Of a stretch of DNA of 64,000 nucleotides, positions 41,283 to 53,727 are shown in pieces. Every line of letters starts with the position of its first letter. Positions within the stretch are counted from its first letter, which is position 1. The stretch is from positions 176,826,001 to 176,890,000 of the forward strand of contig CM059425.1 of NCBI GenBank assembly GCA_030390025.1, in the 5' to 3' direction. The notes beneath the pieces are model-generated. The model did no database searches, was not told where the DNA came from, and saw only the letters and a program-made list of their open reading frames with translations. Position numbers and translations under genes: made by a program. The DNA is from Squalus acanthias (taxonomy: Eukaryota).

Positions 41283-42182
41283 GGGAGTCAAGGTCAAGTA
41301 GGTTCTACCCTTTTCATTGAACTTTATGATATTCGACAACTTTTCTTGGAATATTATTTAAAGGAAAAGAAAAAATGAAACCATTTCCAATCAGGACAAA
41401 ATGGTTTTAATTTTCACTTAGTGTACTTACTGTACATTAAAGAAGAGATCCTTTTTATTCCTCTTTTTGTTAGTGAAATTGCAGGATTTATTCATAATAC
41501 AACTGTGGAGCTCAGATGCATTAGGAATCCTCATAACTAACGCACAAATGAATCAGAAAAAAACTGCAAAAATTATGCTGAATGATCCATTAACCGCCAC
41601 AATAGACACAGAAGCAGTCTAATTAATGCTTGCGTTAAAGTAACAGACAGGGAATATCACACAATTTAATTCATCCATTAATATCACCAACAGCATTTTC
41701 CAAGCTTATGAGTAAACATATGGCAGATCATTTTATAAGTTACACTTCTGTAAACTTTGCCAATGGAAGCATGTATCAGAATTGCAGGTGTGAACCGTGT
41801 AGGATTTTCCAGCTGGAATTACTGATTTAGACGGCTGGTGCTCGGGGCTCCTTGCAGGAAACATAGAATCATACAGCACAGAAGGAGGCCATTCAGCGCA
41901 TTGTGCCTGTGCCGACTCATTGAAAGAGATATCCAATTAGTCCCATTGCTGTGCTCTTTCCCCATAGCCTTGCAAATGTTTTCCTTTTCAAGTATTTATC
42001 CAATTCCCTTTTGAAAGTTACTACTGATTCTGCTTTCGCTATCCCCCATTGCAGATCACAACAACTCGCTGCATAAAAAATCTCCTCTCTGGTTCTTTTG
42101 CCAATCACCTTAAATCTGTCATCTCTGGTTACTGACTCTTCTGCCAGTAGAAACAGTTTCTCCTCATTTACTCTTTTCATGA

Positions 42183-42352
42183 TGTGGAGATGCCGGTGTT
42201 GGACTGGGGTGGACAAAAGTGAGAAGTCGCACAACACCAGGTTATAGTCCAACAGTTTTATTTGAAATCACAAGCTTTCGGAAATCCGAAAGCTTGTGAT
42301 TTCAAATAAAACTGTTGGACTATAACCTGGTGTTGTGCGACTTCTCACTTTT
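42183..42352. mobile_element. Palindromic Penelope-like short insertion (family 1)
   Basis: Perfect 68-bp inverted repeat (42215-42282 / 42285-42352); 16-bp TSD tttactcttttcatga (42167-42182, 42351-42366). Confidence 0.85.
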
Positions 42353-43483
42353 TACTCTTTTCATGACTTTGAACACCTCTATTCAATCTCTCCTGAGCCT
42401 TTTCTGCTCTAAGGATAACAATCCCAGCTTCTCGAGTCTCTGCATATAATTAAAGTCCCTTATTCCTAGTAGTAAATTCCCACCCTCTCCAAGGCCTTGA
42501 CATCCGATGTAAAATGTGGTGCACAGAATTGAGCACAATACTCCAGTTGAGGCCTAGCCAGTGATTTATAAAGGTTTAACTTAACTTGCTTCCTTTTGTA
42601 CTCTGCCTCTACTTATAAAGCCCAGAATCCCATATGCTTTTCTTAACAGCCTTCTCAACTTGTCCTGCCAACTTCAAAGATTTGTGCAGGAGAACCCCCA
42701 GGTCTCTCATTAATTTATATTACCTCTCCTCATTCTGCTTTCCAAAATGCATCAATTCACACTTCTCTGCATTAAATTTAATCTGCCATGTGTCTGCCCA
42801 TTTTGCCAGTCTATCTATGCCCTCCTGAAGTCTATTATTATCCTACTCATTGTTTACTATATTTGAGATTTGTGTCATCTACAAATTTTGAATATTATGC
42901 CCTTTATACCCAAGTCCAACTCATTTATATCAAAAAGAGCAGTGGGTCCAATATCGACCCCTGGGTGACACCACTGTATACTTCCCTCCAGTCTGAAAAA
43001 CAACCGTTCACCACTACTCTCTGCTTTCTGTCTCTTAGCCAATTTCATATCCATGTCGCCACTGTTCCTTTAATCACATGGGCTTCAATTTTACTTACAA
43101 GTCGATTATGTGGCACTTTATCAAACACCTTTTGAAAGTCTATATACAAAACATCAACCGCATTGCCCTCATCAACCCTCTCCGTTACTTCATCAAAGAA
43201 CTCAGTCAAGTTTGTCAGACATTATTTGCTTTTTAAAAATCCGTGCTGGCTGTCATTTACTAACCCATGTTCTTCCAAGTGCCAATTAATATAAAAGTTT
43301 CCCTACCACCGACGTTAGGTTGACTGGTCTGTACCTACCGGGTTTATCCCTCTCCCTTTTTTTTAAACAGGGGTGTAACATTTGCAACCCTCCAGTCCTC
43401 TGGCACCACTCCCACATCCAAAGACGATTGAAAGATTGTGGCCAGAGCCGCCGCTATTTCCACCCTTACTTCCCTCAGCAACC

Positions 43484-45315
43484 TTTTTTTATTCATTCAC
43501 GGGCTTCGCTGGCAAGACATTGCCCATCCATAATTGCCCTTGAGAAGGTGGTGGTGAGCCGCCTTCTTGAACCGCTGCAGTCCGTGTGGTGAAGGTACTC
43601 CCACAGTGCTGTTAGGTAGGGAGTTCCAGGATTTTAACCTAGCAACGATGAAGGAACGGTGATATATTTCCAAGTCAGGATGGTGTGTGACTTGGAGGGG
43701 AATTTGGAGGTGGTGGTATCCCCATGCATCTGCTGCCCTTGACCTTCTAGGTGGTAGAAATCGCAGATTTGGGAGGTGCTGTCGAAGAATCCTTGGCGAG
43801 TTGCTGCAGTGCATCTTGTAGATGGCACACACTGCAGTCACATTGCACCAGTGGTGGAGGGAGTGAATGTTTAAGGTGGTGGGTGGGGTACCAATAAAGC
43901 AGGCTGCTTTTTCCTGGAGCTTCTTGAGTCTGTTGGAGCTGCACTCATCCACGCAAGTGGAGAGTATTCCATTACACTCCTGACATGTGCGTTGCAGATG
44001 ATGGAAAGGCTTTGTGAAGTCAGGAAGTGAGTCACTCGCCGCAGAATACCCAGCCTCTGACCTGCTCTTGTAGCCACAGTATTTATGTGACTGGTCCAGT
44101 TAAGTTTCAGGTCAATGGTGACCCCCAGGATGTTGATGGTGGGGGATTTGACGATGGTAATGCCATGGAATGTCATGGGGAGGTGGTTAGACTCTCTCTT
44201 TTTGAAGATGGTCATTGTATGGCAATTGTGTGGCACGAATGTTATCTGCCACTTATCAGTCCAAGCCTGAATGTTGTCCATGTCTTGCTGCATGCAAGCA
44301 TGGACTGCTTCATTATTTGAGGAGTTACGAATGGAACCGAACTTTGTGCAATCATCAGCGAACATCCCCACTTCTGACCTTATGTTGGAGGGAAGGTCAT
44401 TGATGAAGCAGCTGAAGATGTTTGGGCCTAGGACATTGCCCTGAGGAACTCCTGCAATGATGTCCTAGGGCTGAGATGATTGGCCTCCAACAACCACAAC
44501 CATCTTCCTTTGTGCTAGGTATGACTCCAACCAGTGGAACATTTTCCCCCCGATTCCCATTGACTTCAGTTTTACTAGGGGTCCTTGATGCCACACTCGG
44601 ACAAATGCTGCCTTGATGTCAAGAGCAGTCACTCTCACCTCATCACTGGAATTCAACTCCTTTGTTCATGTTTGGATGAGGTCTGGATCCAAGTGGTCCT
44701 GGTGGAAACCAAACTGAGCATCAGTGAGCAGGTTATTGATGAGTAAGTGCCGTTTCATAGCACTATCAACAACACCTTCCATCACTTTGCTGATGATTGA
44801 GAGTAGACTGATGGGGCGGTAATTGGTCGGATTGGATTTGTCCTGCTTTTTGTGAACAGGACATACCTGGACAATTTTCCACTTTGTTGAGTAGATGCCA
44901 GTGTTGTAGATGCACTGGCACAGGTTGGCTAGTTCTGGAGCACAAGTCTTCAGCACGATAGCCGGGATGTTGTCGGAGCCCAGAGCTTTTGCTGTATCCA
45001 GTGCGCTCAGCCATTTCTTGATATCACGTGGAGTGAATCGAATTGGCTGAAGACTGGCTTCTGTGATGGTGGGAACCTCAGGAAGAGGCCAAGTTGGATC
45101 ATCCACTCGGCACTTCTGGCTGAAGATGGTTTCGAATGCTTCAGCTTTGACTTTTGCACTCACGTGTTGGGCTCCGTCATCATTGAGGATGGGGATATTC
45201 ATAGGGCCTCCTCTTCCCGTTAGTTGTTTAATTGTCCACCACAATCCATGACTGGACGTGGCAGGACTGCAGAGCTTTGATCTGATCCATTGGTTGTGGG
45301 ATTGCTTAGCTCTGG
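43484..45315 (-). mobile_element. CR1-clade family B LINE, RT fragment
   Basis: ORFs 44666-45412 (NYRPISLLS, QFGF), 44465-44656, 43871-44371 (MFADD) and 43497-43952. Confidence 0.93.
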
Positions 45316-45721
45316 GTGACTTTTCTACTTTGAATGCTGCCAACCTTTTATGTACCTCCACTTTATATCTATTTTTATCTTGTCCAATTTCTCTACCCCA
45401 CTCCTCCTTCACTGTGACCTTGGCAGCAATCTATTCTTTTGTGGACAGATGCAAAATACTCATTTAATACCTCTGCCATACCCTCTTTCACCACAAGATT
45501 TACTTTTTGGTCCCTAATCAGCCCCACCCTTCCATTGACTACCCTTTTACTATTTATATGTTTGTGAGAGAGTTTGGAGTTCACTTTTATGTTACCCATT
45601 AATCTTTTCTCTTACACTCCCTTTTCCCCTCATATTTCCTTTTTCATTTCTCCTCTGCACTTTCTGCTTGATTCTGACATTGATCATAAGCCTCCTTTTC
45701 CTGTTTCATTTTAAACACAAT

Positions 45722-46390
45722 GAGGGAATTTTAACCTAAAAAAAAGGGTGGGTTTGGAGCATGGGGTAGTTAAATTGTTAAAAATGGGATTCCTGACCTG
45801 ATCCTGCCTCCAACCCGCCCACTCCCGGTTTTAACGGAGGTGGGACAGGGACGGGTGACCAACCCGCTCACAGTGGGTGGGACATCAAGTTAAATATTAT
45901 AATAAGGCTGGAAGCCTCTTTTTAACCTACATTTTGTGTTTAACTGCATGTGGACGGGTTTTACACAATTCGTGAAACCCGGCAGTTAAAGCGAGGCGGG
46001 GACTGCTGGATCCAGGAGGTAAGTGCCTTTATACCGATCCCCTGGATCCAGGGTCCCTGTCGAACCCACCCCCCGCGATCGGAAACCCCCCACCCCGCAG
46101 GCCTCCGATCTCTCCACGAGGCCTCCATTCACCGCCCCCCACAGGCCTCTGATGCCTCCTTGTGGTCTCCCCCCCCTTCGTGCTCCTCCGGCCCGCAATT
46201 GTCTGTAGATCCTCCCCCACCACCGTGCTCCTCCTGGACCACGATCTTCTGAAGATCCCCCCCCTCTCCCCTGCTGCTGCGGCCAGTCCCCAGCCCGTGA
46301 CCGTCCTCGGATCCCCCCGGTGCTGCTGCGGCCAGCCCCCATGCGATCCCTCCCTCCTTCCCTCTCTGTGGCCTAGTGGCTAATTAACAT
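45722..46390. mobile_element. GC-rich MITE-like element
   Basis: gggaattttaacc terminus like those at 6367 and 34450; C-rich interior. Confidence 0.5.
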
Positions 46391-47089
46391 TAGCCCAGCA
46401 CCAAACTTACTGTGCAACACCTTTCTGGTGGCGTTAGTCCCAGCAGGAAGCCCCAATGTAGCATGGCTGTAGCATCAATGCAGCAAGAACAGCCTTCTCT
46501 GAAAGCAAGGCTGTCATTTCAGAAAGCAATTCAGTCCCTTAAAGAGGAACTGCCTTCTGAAATGAAAAAAATAAAAATCATGTAAAAATAGGACGTTTTT
46601 AGCCCTTATAGCTCAACTGCCTTGCAAATAAAAGAATTATTATAAAGAATTCCTAAATGGGAGTCTTCAGCTCTGAAAGCTAAACTGCCTTCCGCACCTA
46701 AAAAAATGGGAAAAGTGCTTCAGCACTAAAACAAATGGCTCAGCAAGCCAGGGAAGGGGCACCCAGGGTCTCGCACACAGCACCCCAGCTTTGTGCAGGG
46801 GGCCAACACTGCAAGAGGTGTCCTCTACCCACAGGGGCCAGGAGGCCCTCCAGAAAGAAGGACATGGGACCAGATCACCGAGGCCATCACTGCCAGCAGT
46901 GTTGCCCCCCACGTCTAGGCTCCAGTGCCCAAAGAAGCTTCATGATCTCAGACCAGTGGTCAAGGTCAGTGAATACATCTTCAAAATCCATCTCCTACCA
47001 ACTGCATCACTAGCCTCACACACTGCTCAATGCATGACCCCCGCCCCCCCCCCCGCCCCACCCACTCCATCACTCATCTACCAACAATC

Positions 47090-48740
47090 TGATGAAAGGG
47101 AGGAACTGAAAGAAATCAGTATTTGCAGGGAAATGGTGTTAGGGAAATTGACGGTATTGAAGGCCGATAAATCCCCAGGGCCTGATAATCTACATCCTAG
47201 GGTACTTAAGGAAGTGGCCCTAGAAATAGTAGATGCATTGCTGATCATCTTCCAACATTCGATGGAATCTGGAACTGTACCCATGGATTGGAGGGTAGCT
47301 AATGTTACCCCACTATTCAAAAAGGGTGGTAGAGAGAAAGCGGGGAATTACAGACATCGGTAGTGGGGAAAATGCTAGAGTCCATTATAAAGGATGTAAT
47401 AGCTGAGCATTTGAAAAACAGTGACAGGATCGGACAAAGTCAACATGGATTTACAAAAGGTAAATCGTGCTTGACTAATCTACTGGAATTTTTTGAGGAT
47501 GTAACTGGGAAAATAGATAAGGGAGAACCAGTAGATGTGGTGTATTTGGACTTTCAAAAGGCTTTCAATAAGGTCCCGCATAAGAGATTAGCGGGTAAAG
47601 TTAAGGCACATGGGATTGGGGGCAAGGTATTGACTTGGATAGAGAACTGGTTGGCGGACAGAAAGCAGAGAGTAGGAATTAATGGGTCTTTTTCCGAGTG
47701 GCAAGCAGTGACTAGTGGGGTACCGCAGGGATCGGTCCTTGGACCCCAGCTATTCACAATATACATTAATGATCTAGATAAGGGAATTAAATGTAATATC
47801 TCCAAGTTTGCAGATGACACAAAGCTGGGTGGGAGTGTGTGCAGCGAGGAGGATAGCGAGAAACTCCAGGATGATCTGGACAGGTTGGGTGAGTGGGCAG
47901 AAGCGTGGCAGATGCAATATAACGTGGATAAGTGCGAGGTTATCCACTTTGGTGTCAAAAACAGAAAGGCAGACTATTATCTGAATGGCAATAGATTGGG
48001 AGAAGGGGAAGTGCAACGAGACCTGGGTGTCCTTGTGCACCAGTCGCTGAAAGTAAGCATGCAGGTGCAGCAGGCGGTGAAGAAGGCAAATGGTATGTTG
48101 GCCTTCATAGCGAAAGGGTTTGAGTATAGGAACAGGGATGTCCTGCTGCAGTTGTACAGGGCCTTGGTGAGACCACACCTTGAGTACTGTGTGCAGTTTT
48201 GGTCGCCTTATCTGAGGAAGGATGTTCTTGCCATGGAAGGAGTTCAGCGAAGATTCACAAGGCTGATACCTGGGATGGCAGGAATGACATATGAGGAGAG
48301 ATTGGGTCGATTGGGCTTATACTCACTGGAGTATAGAAGAATGAGAGGGGATCTCATCGAAACATATAAAATTCTGACAGGTCTGGACAAACTAGATGCA
48401 GGAAGAATGTTCCCGATGGTCGGAGAGTCCAGAACCAGGGGTCATAATCTACGGATAACGGGTAAACCATTTAGGACAGAAATGAGGAAGAATTTCTTCA
48501 CCCAGAGAGTGGTGAACCTGTGGAATTCTCTACCACAGAAGGTAGTTGAGGCGAAGTCATTAAATATATTCAAGGATGAGTTAGATATATTTCTTAAAGC
48601 TAAAGGTATCAAGGGATATGGGGAGAAGGCAGGTACAGGGTACTGAGTTTAGATGATCAGCCATGATCTCATCGAATGGCGGAGCAGGCTCGAGGGGCCG
48701 AATGGCCTACTCCTGCTCCTATCTTCTATGTTTCAATGTT
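47090..48740 (+). mobile_element. Young CR1 family A LINE with an uninterrupted RT segment
   Basis: ORF 47363-48646 (427 aa): [27 protein letters not shown]. Confidence 0.97.
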
Positions 48741-49073
48741 TCTCTACCAAACATGAGACACACCTCCCATTCCTAGCTTCACCTCACACCCTGGGAGGAG
48801 ATGCTGTGGCCATTCTTGGCAGGGACATGGCTGAGCCTTTGGCCAGGGCTGAAGGGGTACAAGATGCTAGTATCCTCATATGTTATCTTCCTTCTCGCAT
48901 GCACATCTGTGCATGGTGTAAGCATGCAACACTTGCTTTCCTGCCCTCCCCTCACCACAACTCCACCCTTGTGCCTTCCTCATTTCAGACACCCAAGAAA
49001 TCCAGCCTGCCCAGCCAGTGGTTGTCCAAGAATGTTTAAATTGTGAATTCTGGGAGATTCTCTCATTGCTAAC

Positions 49074-49111
49074 TTACCTGAGGAAGGAGCGACAGCTCCG
49101 AAAGCTTGTAA
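49074..49111 (+). ncRNA. Putative minimal hammerhead ribozyme in a Penelope-like insert (49033-49199)
   Basis: uuac-CUGAGGA(A)-GGAGC-gaca-GCUCC-GAAA-GCUU-guaa; TSD tgtccaagaa (49023-49032, 49200-49209). Confidence 0.72.
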
Positions 49112-49694
49112 AATTAAATAAATCTGTTGGACTATAACCTGGTGTTGTGCGACTTCTCATTTTTGTCCACCCCAGTCCAACGCCGGCATCTCCACATCAT
49201 GTCCAAGAAGAGGGAGAGGAGAGAGAAGAAGATGATTGATTTGACACTCCCAGCCACCAGCTCCTCAAGGTCGACCAGCAAGGCCATCTGCAGTGACCCC
49301 ACTGAAAGTCGGCAGCCTTCCACCAGCCAAGCTGCAGCCACTGGGGTAGCACTGCGTGACATCAGTAGGATAAGCAAAGGTACACACAAGACAGTCACTA
49401 AGGGATTGCATAAAGGTGATGAGTTGCTTTCTTGATATCATATTGAATGGAGAGATGTACAAAGTTGGATTGGAAAGTTTGCTTTGTGGTGGATTTTATT
49501 TCAGCGTTGTGGCCAAGATGTGTTGTGATGGTCAATAACAGAGGGAAGGTAAGGTGTGGGACAAATGTTGAAAGGGGAATTGGGTTTGTGGTCACTGGTA
49601 TCACAGGTGGATGAATCCATCCCAGATATCCCAGCTAGAAAGGGGCGGTCTGGGTTGCATCCTCCTCTTCTGTGTCTTCCTCTTCCCTCTGCGA

Positions 49695-49835
49695 GCAGAT
49701 GCTATAAATCTTAACTAAAAGCATAAAATGCTGGAAATACTCAGCAGGTTACGCAGCATCTCGACCTGAGACGTTAACTCTGTTTCTCCCCCTATGGATG
49801 CTGCCTGACCTGCTGAGTATTTCCAGCATTTTCTA
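49695..49835. mobile_element. Palindromic Penelope-like insertion (family 2), internally deleted
   Basis: Arms aaaatgctggaaatactcagcagg / cctgctgagtatttccagcatttt. Confidence 0.7.
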
Positions 49836-50527
49836 TCTTCTCCGAGGCTTTCCTTTACCATCCAAAAGCTTAATGCAAACTTACCTGAAAGATGTGTGTG
49901 TCCCTTTAAGAAGTGCTGACAGTGTCTCTGTCAGTCTGCTACATGCTCGCTTTTCATAGCGAGCTTAGGACTCAGCGCTAAGGTCGAAGTTCGCAGAGCG
50001 TGACATTACCTGATATTACGCTCTCGATATTTGCGTCTCCAGAGCCAGCGCTGCTATCAGCCGTCGAGTCCCGCGCCAGAGAAGTGCGTTCGAGTGGCGG
50101 CAACCATTTTACGCCAGAATTACGACGCTAACTCATGGTGATAACATGGGGAATTTCTGGGCCATTATTTTTAAGTATATTACTCTCAGTATCTTGCTGC
50201 TTTTGTGTATTATTCAATCTGTAAATAAATCTGACTAGTTTTAGTCTGTAAATGTTGGTCTAATGCACAGTATTTTTCACCTTTCAAAGGAAACAGGAGA
50301 ATGAAGTGGGCTTTGAATCGTAATTATTCACCTCAGGCATGCTACTCAATACATGGCATGCACAAGGGCATAGGTTTCAGATAATAGGCAACTTAATCTG
50401 CTTATGGAAGACGCATTTTCACTATGAACACAAACATAAGTTATGTGAAAAAGCCTATAATCAAAACATTCTGTTCCAAAAGAAGTAAAGCAGGTGAGGT
50501 GAGTAACCTACATGACATAAGATGGGA

Positions 50528-51078
50528 CTATCTGAGGAAGGATGTTCTTATCTGAGGAAGGAGGTTCTTGCCATGGAAGGAGTTCAGCGAAGATTCACAA
50601 GGCTGATACCTGGGATGGCAGGAATGACATATGAGGAGAGATTGGGTCGATTGGGCTTATACTCACTGGAGTATAGAAGAATGAGAGGGGATCTCATCGA
50701 AACATATAAAATTCTGACAGGTCTGGACAAACTAGATGCAGGAAGAATGTTCCCGATGGTCGGAGAGTCCAGAACCAGGGGTCATAATCTAAGGATAAGG
50801 GGTAAGCCATTTAGGACAGAAATGAGGAAGAATTTCTTCACCCAGAGAGTGGTGAGCCTGTGGAATTTTCTACCACAGAAGGTAGTTGAGGCCAAGTCAT
50901 TAAATATATTCAAGAATGAGTTAGATATATTTCTTAAAGCTAAAGGTATCCAGGGATATGGGGAGAAGGAAGGTACAGGGTACTGAGTTTGGGTGATCAG
51001 CCATGATCTCATCGAATGGCGGAGCAGGCTCGAGGGGCCGAATGGCCTACTCCTGCTTCTATCTTCTATGTTTCTATG
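50528..51078 (+). mobile_element. CR1 family A 3' fragment
   Basis: ORF 50522-50986 is nearly identical to the end of 47363-48646. Confidence 0.95.
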
Positions 51079-51090
51079 ACTACCTGTCGT

Positions 51091-51632
51091 CATAAGAACA
51101 TAAGAAATAGGAGCAGGAGTAGGCCATTTGGCCCCTCGAGCCTGCTCCGCCATTCAATAAGATCATGGCTGATCTTCTACCTCATCTCCACTGTCCTGAA
51201 CTATCCCCATATCCCTTGATTCCCTTAATATTCAAAAATCTATCGAACTCTGTGTCTTGAATATACTCAATGACTGAGCCTCCACAGCCCTCTGGGGTAG
51301 AGAATTCCAAAGATTCACCAGCCTCTGAGTGAAGAAATTTCTCCTCATCTCAGCCCTAAATGGCCGACCCCTTATTCTGAGACTGTGACCCCTGGTTCTA
51401 GACTCCCCAGCCAGAGAAACATCCTCCCAGCATCTACCCTGTCAAGCCCTGTAAGAATTTTGTATGTTTTGATGAGATCACCTCTCATTCTTCTAAACTC
51501 TAGAGAATATAGGCCTAGTCTACTCAATCTCTCCTCACAGGACAATCTCCCCATCCCAGGAATCAGTCAGGTGAACCTTCGTTGCACTCCCTCTATGGCA
51601 AGTATATCCTTCCTTAGGTAAGGAGACCAAAA
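51091..51632 (-). mobile_element. CR1 3' fragment (same subfamily as 10720-13110)
   Basis: cataagaa tail; LGLYSLEFRRMRGDLI. Confidence 0.93.
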
Positions 51633-52048
51633 TGTCATGCTCAAAATCTACAGCTCCATTAAGATTTCTGTGCTTTAGTAAATCCAAACTAAACCCCGTT
51701 GATGTAAAATAGCAGCATGGTACTGAATTCTATATTTGTCCACTATCTCTAGGAAATGTCCTCTTCTGGAAATGTTCATAAAAATAAATACAGATGAAAG
51801 TAGTCCTTTGGCCCATATAGCTCATATTTTGCTAGAAACCTGCGATCACCCATCACAGCACTTACCTTGAATGACTCCAGAGTGTTTGCCTGTAACTATG
51901 AGCCCATGCCCTGCACTGTGGCTTAACTTGAAATAGTGTTCAAAATAAATTAACCTTTTCTATTCCACGCAGTATCTTATATACCCTTAAAAGGTCTCCT
52001 TTCATTTGCTTCCTTTCAAAGCTGAAGAATCCAAATTTTTCTCATTTT

Positions 52049-52208
52049 GGGGTAGATTTGCGTCTTCACTGACTGGGTGGTAATGTGCCATGGCAGATCG
52101 CCCGCCCTGTAAACAACTTGCCTGAAATCAATGAACTGAAAATCAAATGGGTTCTATAACGGGTGGGCAATCCACCCCGCCCAGGCGGTGAAGATCAAAA
52201 TCCACTCC
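52049..52208. mobile_element. Small MITE
   Basis: Imperfect TIR ggggtagatttgcgtcttcactg / cggtgaagatcaaaatccactcc. Confidence 0.7.
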
Positions 52209-53429
52209 TTTGCAACATAACTTAGTTCCCCGGCACTTACTGTCATTCCCTGCACCACTTCCAGCCATAGCTGTTTCTCTTGTGTCCACACTGAAGGCAG
52301 CATTCAAGGGTCACAGGATCCAAGCAGTCAGAGCACTACACAGCTTTAACATGATGGCCCCCTTTGATATAATCCTGCAATCATATACCAAAGTACTTCA
52401 ACTCAATTTAGAGTTGCTGGGGTCTAACTGTAACATCGTTGCTCCCATTTTATGCGCCTAAAATGGCAGCAACGATAATCAATTTAGCAGAGCAAAGGCC
52501 CATTCCTGATCGGCACAGGCTTTCGGGTCACTGCTAAATTGGTCGGTGCTTGTGTGGCTCCTACGATGCACAAGCTCCAACTAGCATTTCCGGGTCTTGA
52601 GCAGCCTAACCAGCAATATTTAAATGGACCGCTGGAAGCCATTCAAAAAGGCCCAAAAACATTGAAAATGTTTGTATTTTGTGGATTTGGATGGAAAAGG
52701 GGCGCACTTCCTGGCTCCACAGAACAGCTCAGAGCCGCTATTGGCCCGTCGCCCCCTCCCTTACCTCTGGGGCTCAGCAAAATTGTAACATGAATTCAGT
52801 AGTTTCACCCAGTTCCCAACGAGCATGGGTCAACTGCAAAAACTACAGCTAATTTCGCATTAAATTAGCAATCTCACTCAGAGAGGCCATATAAATGGAT
52901 GGTGCAGCAAATGCAATGGTCAGATTGTTTCAGGTTATAGCTGAGGCACAATGTAGGTGCAGAGTAGAGGAACTTTAATCTGTATCTAACCCGTGCTATA
53001 CCTGACCTGCGAGTGCTTGATGTTGACACTGGGTTCCCAAAATGGAAAAGGTTTCATTTCCCAGTTACAAAACTCCATCCCTTCAGGACTAGAAAATCTC
53101 AAAAAAAGGAATTCATTCACAAACCTCATCAGCAACATTTACTTAATAAAAATCACCGTGGGGGAGAATTTCCATGGGGTCCTCCAGATCTCCCGCCATA
53201 ACTATGGTGGAAAGCCATTTTTTGCCGTTTGCTCCCTTTCTCCGGGGGTTCCACCATCGTCACAGCGAGAGAGATCGGGAGAATGCCTACGGAAATTCCA
53301 GGTGCATACATTCAACTCTTCATTTACACAACCCTTGCCAGAAAATGTTTGCAATCAGCATTTACAGCATGTAAACAGATGTCCAAGTGGTGCCATCCAC
53401 ATAGAATGAATAGGTGACATGGTACAAAC

Positions 53430-53727
53430 CTGGGACTGTTGACATCCCGTGAACTGTGAAACCACTCCTGAAGCTTTGCGTCGGACACCACGCCTACTTT
53501 AACCAGGTATGAGGAGGGCTCCACCCGGAAGGCCCAGTAGTATTTCCCTTTTGTTATTCCTGTGTCCCCTGTGATGAAGTCTAGAGACATATAACTTCCG
53601 ACCACAATCCGCTCTGCACCTAACAACAGAGGAAGCCCAGCCACGCTCTCCACAGAGTCTCTCTGTTTGCTTAAGATCAGGTGATCACTGTTGTAGCCGC
53701 AATTCTCGTCAAACAAAAACCTAAAAA
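53430..53727 (-). CDS. TRIM36/TRIM46: Penultimate coding exon of the TRIM36/TRIM46-subfamily gene (PRY/SPRY)
   Basis: Long pyrimidine tract plus tag| acceptor; translation (V)FRFLFDENCGYNSDHL...GDTGITKGKYYWAFRVEPSSYLVKVGV...NSP(R); AG|gtttgt donor; the split AG+G Arg codon joins exon 38681 in phase. Confidence 0.93.

Larger units (their letters stand above)
41858..45715 (-). mobile_element. Old CR1 LINE fragment hosting nested insertions
   Basis: catagaat tail at about 41860; decayed RT at 42370-43480, resuming at 45315-45715. Confidence 0.8.
46735..49340 (+). mobile_element. Harbinger Myb/SANT remnant split by a CR1 (47090-48740) and a Penelope-like insert (49033-49199)
   Basis: MAQQAREGAPR...CPKKLHDLRPVVK|gtcagt; the sequence resumes at ctaccaaacatga (48744). 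Confidence 0.7.

Noticed and set aside
53324..53429. C-terminal extension of the ORF 53324-53716
   Set aside because: Read-through into the intron past the AG|GT donor; TRIM similarity ends at NSPR
53720..53722. Alternative acceptor 7 nt inside the exon
   Set aside because: It would shift the frame and drop the VFRF residues that match the recalled TRIM36 VFSF
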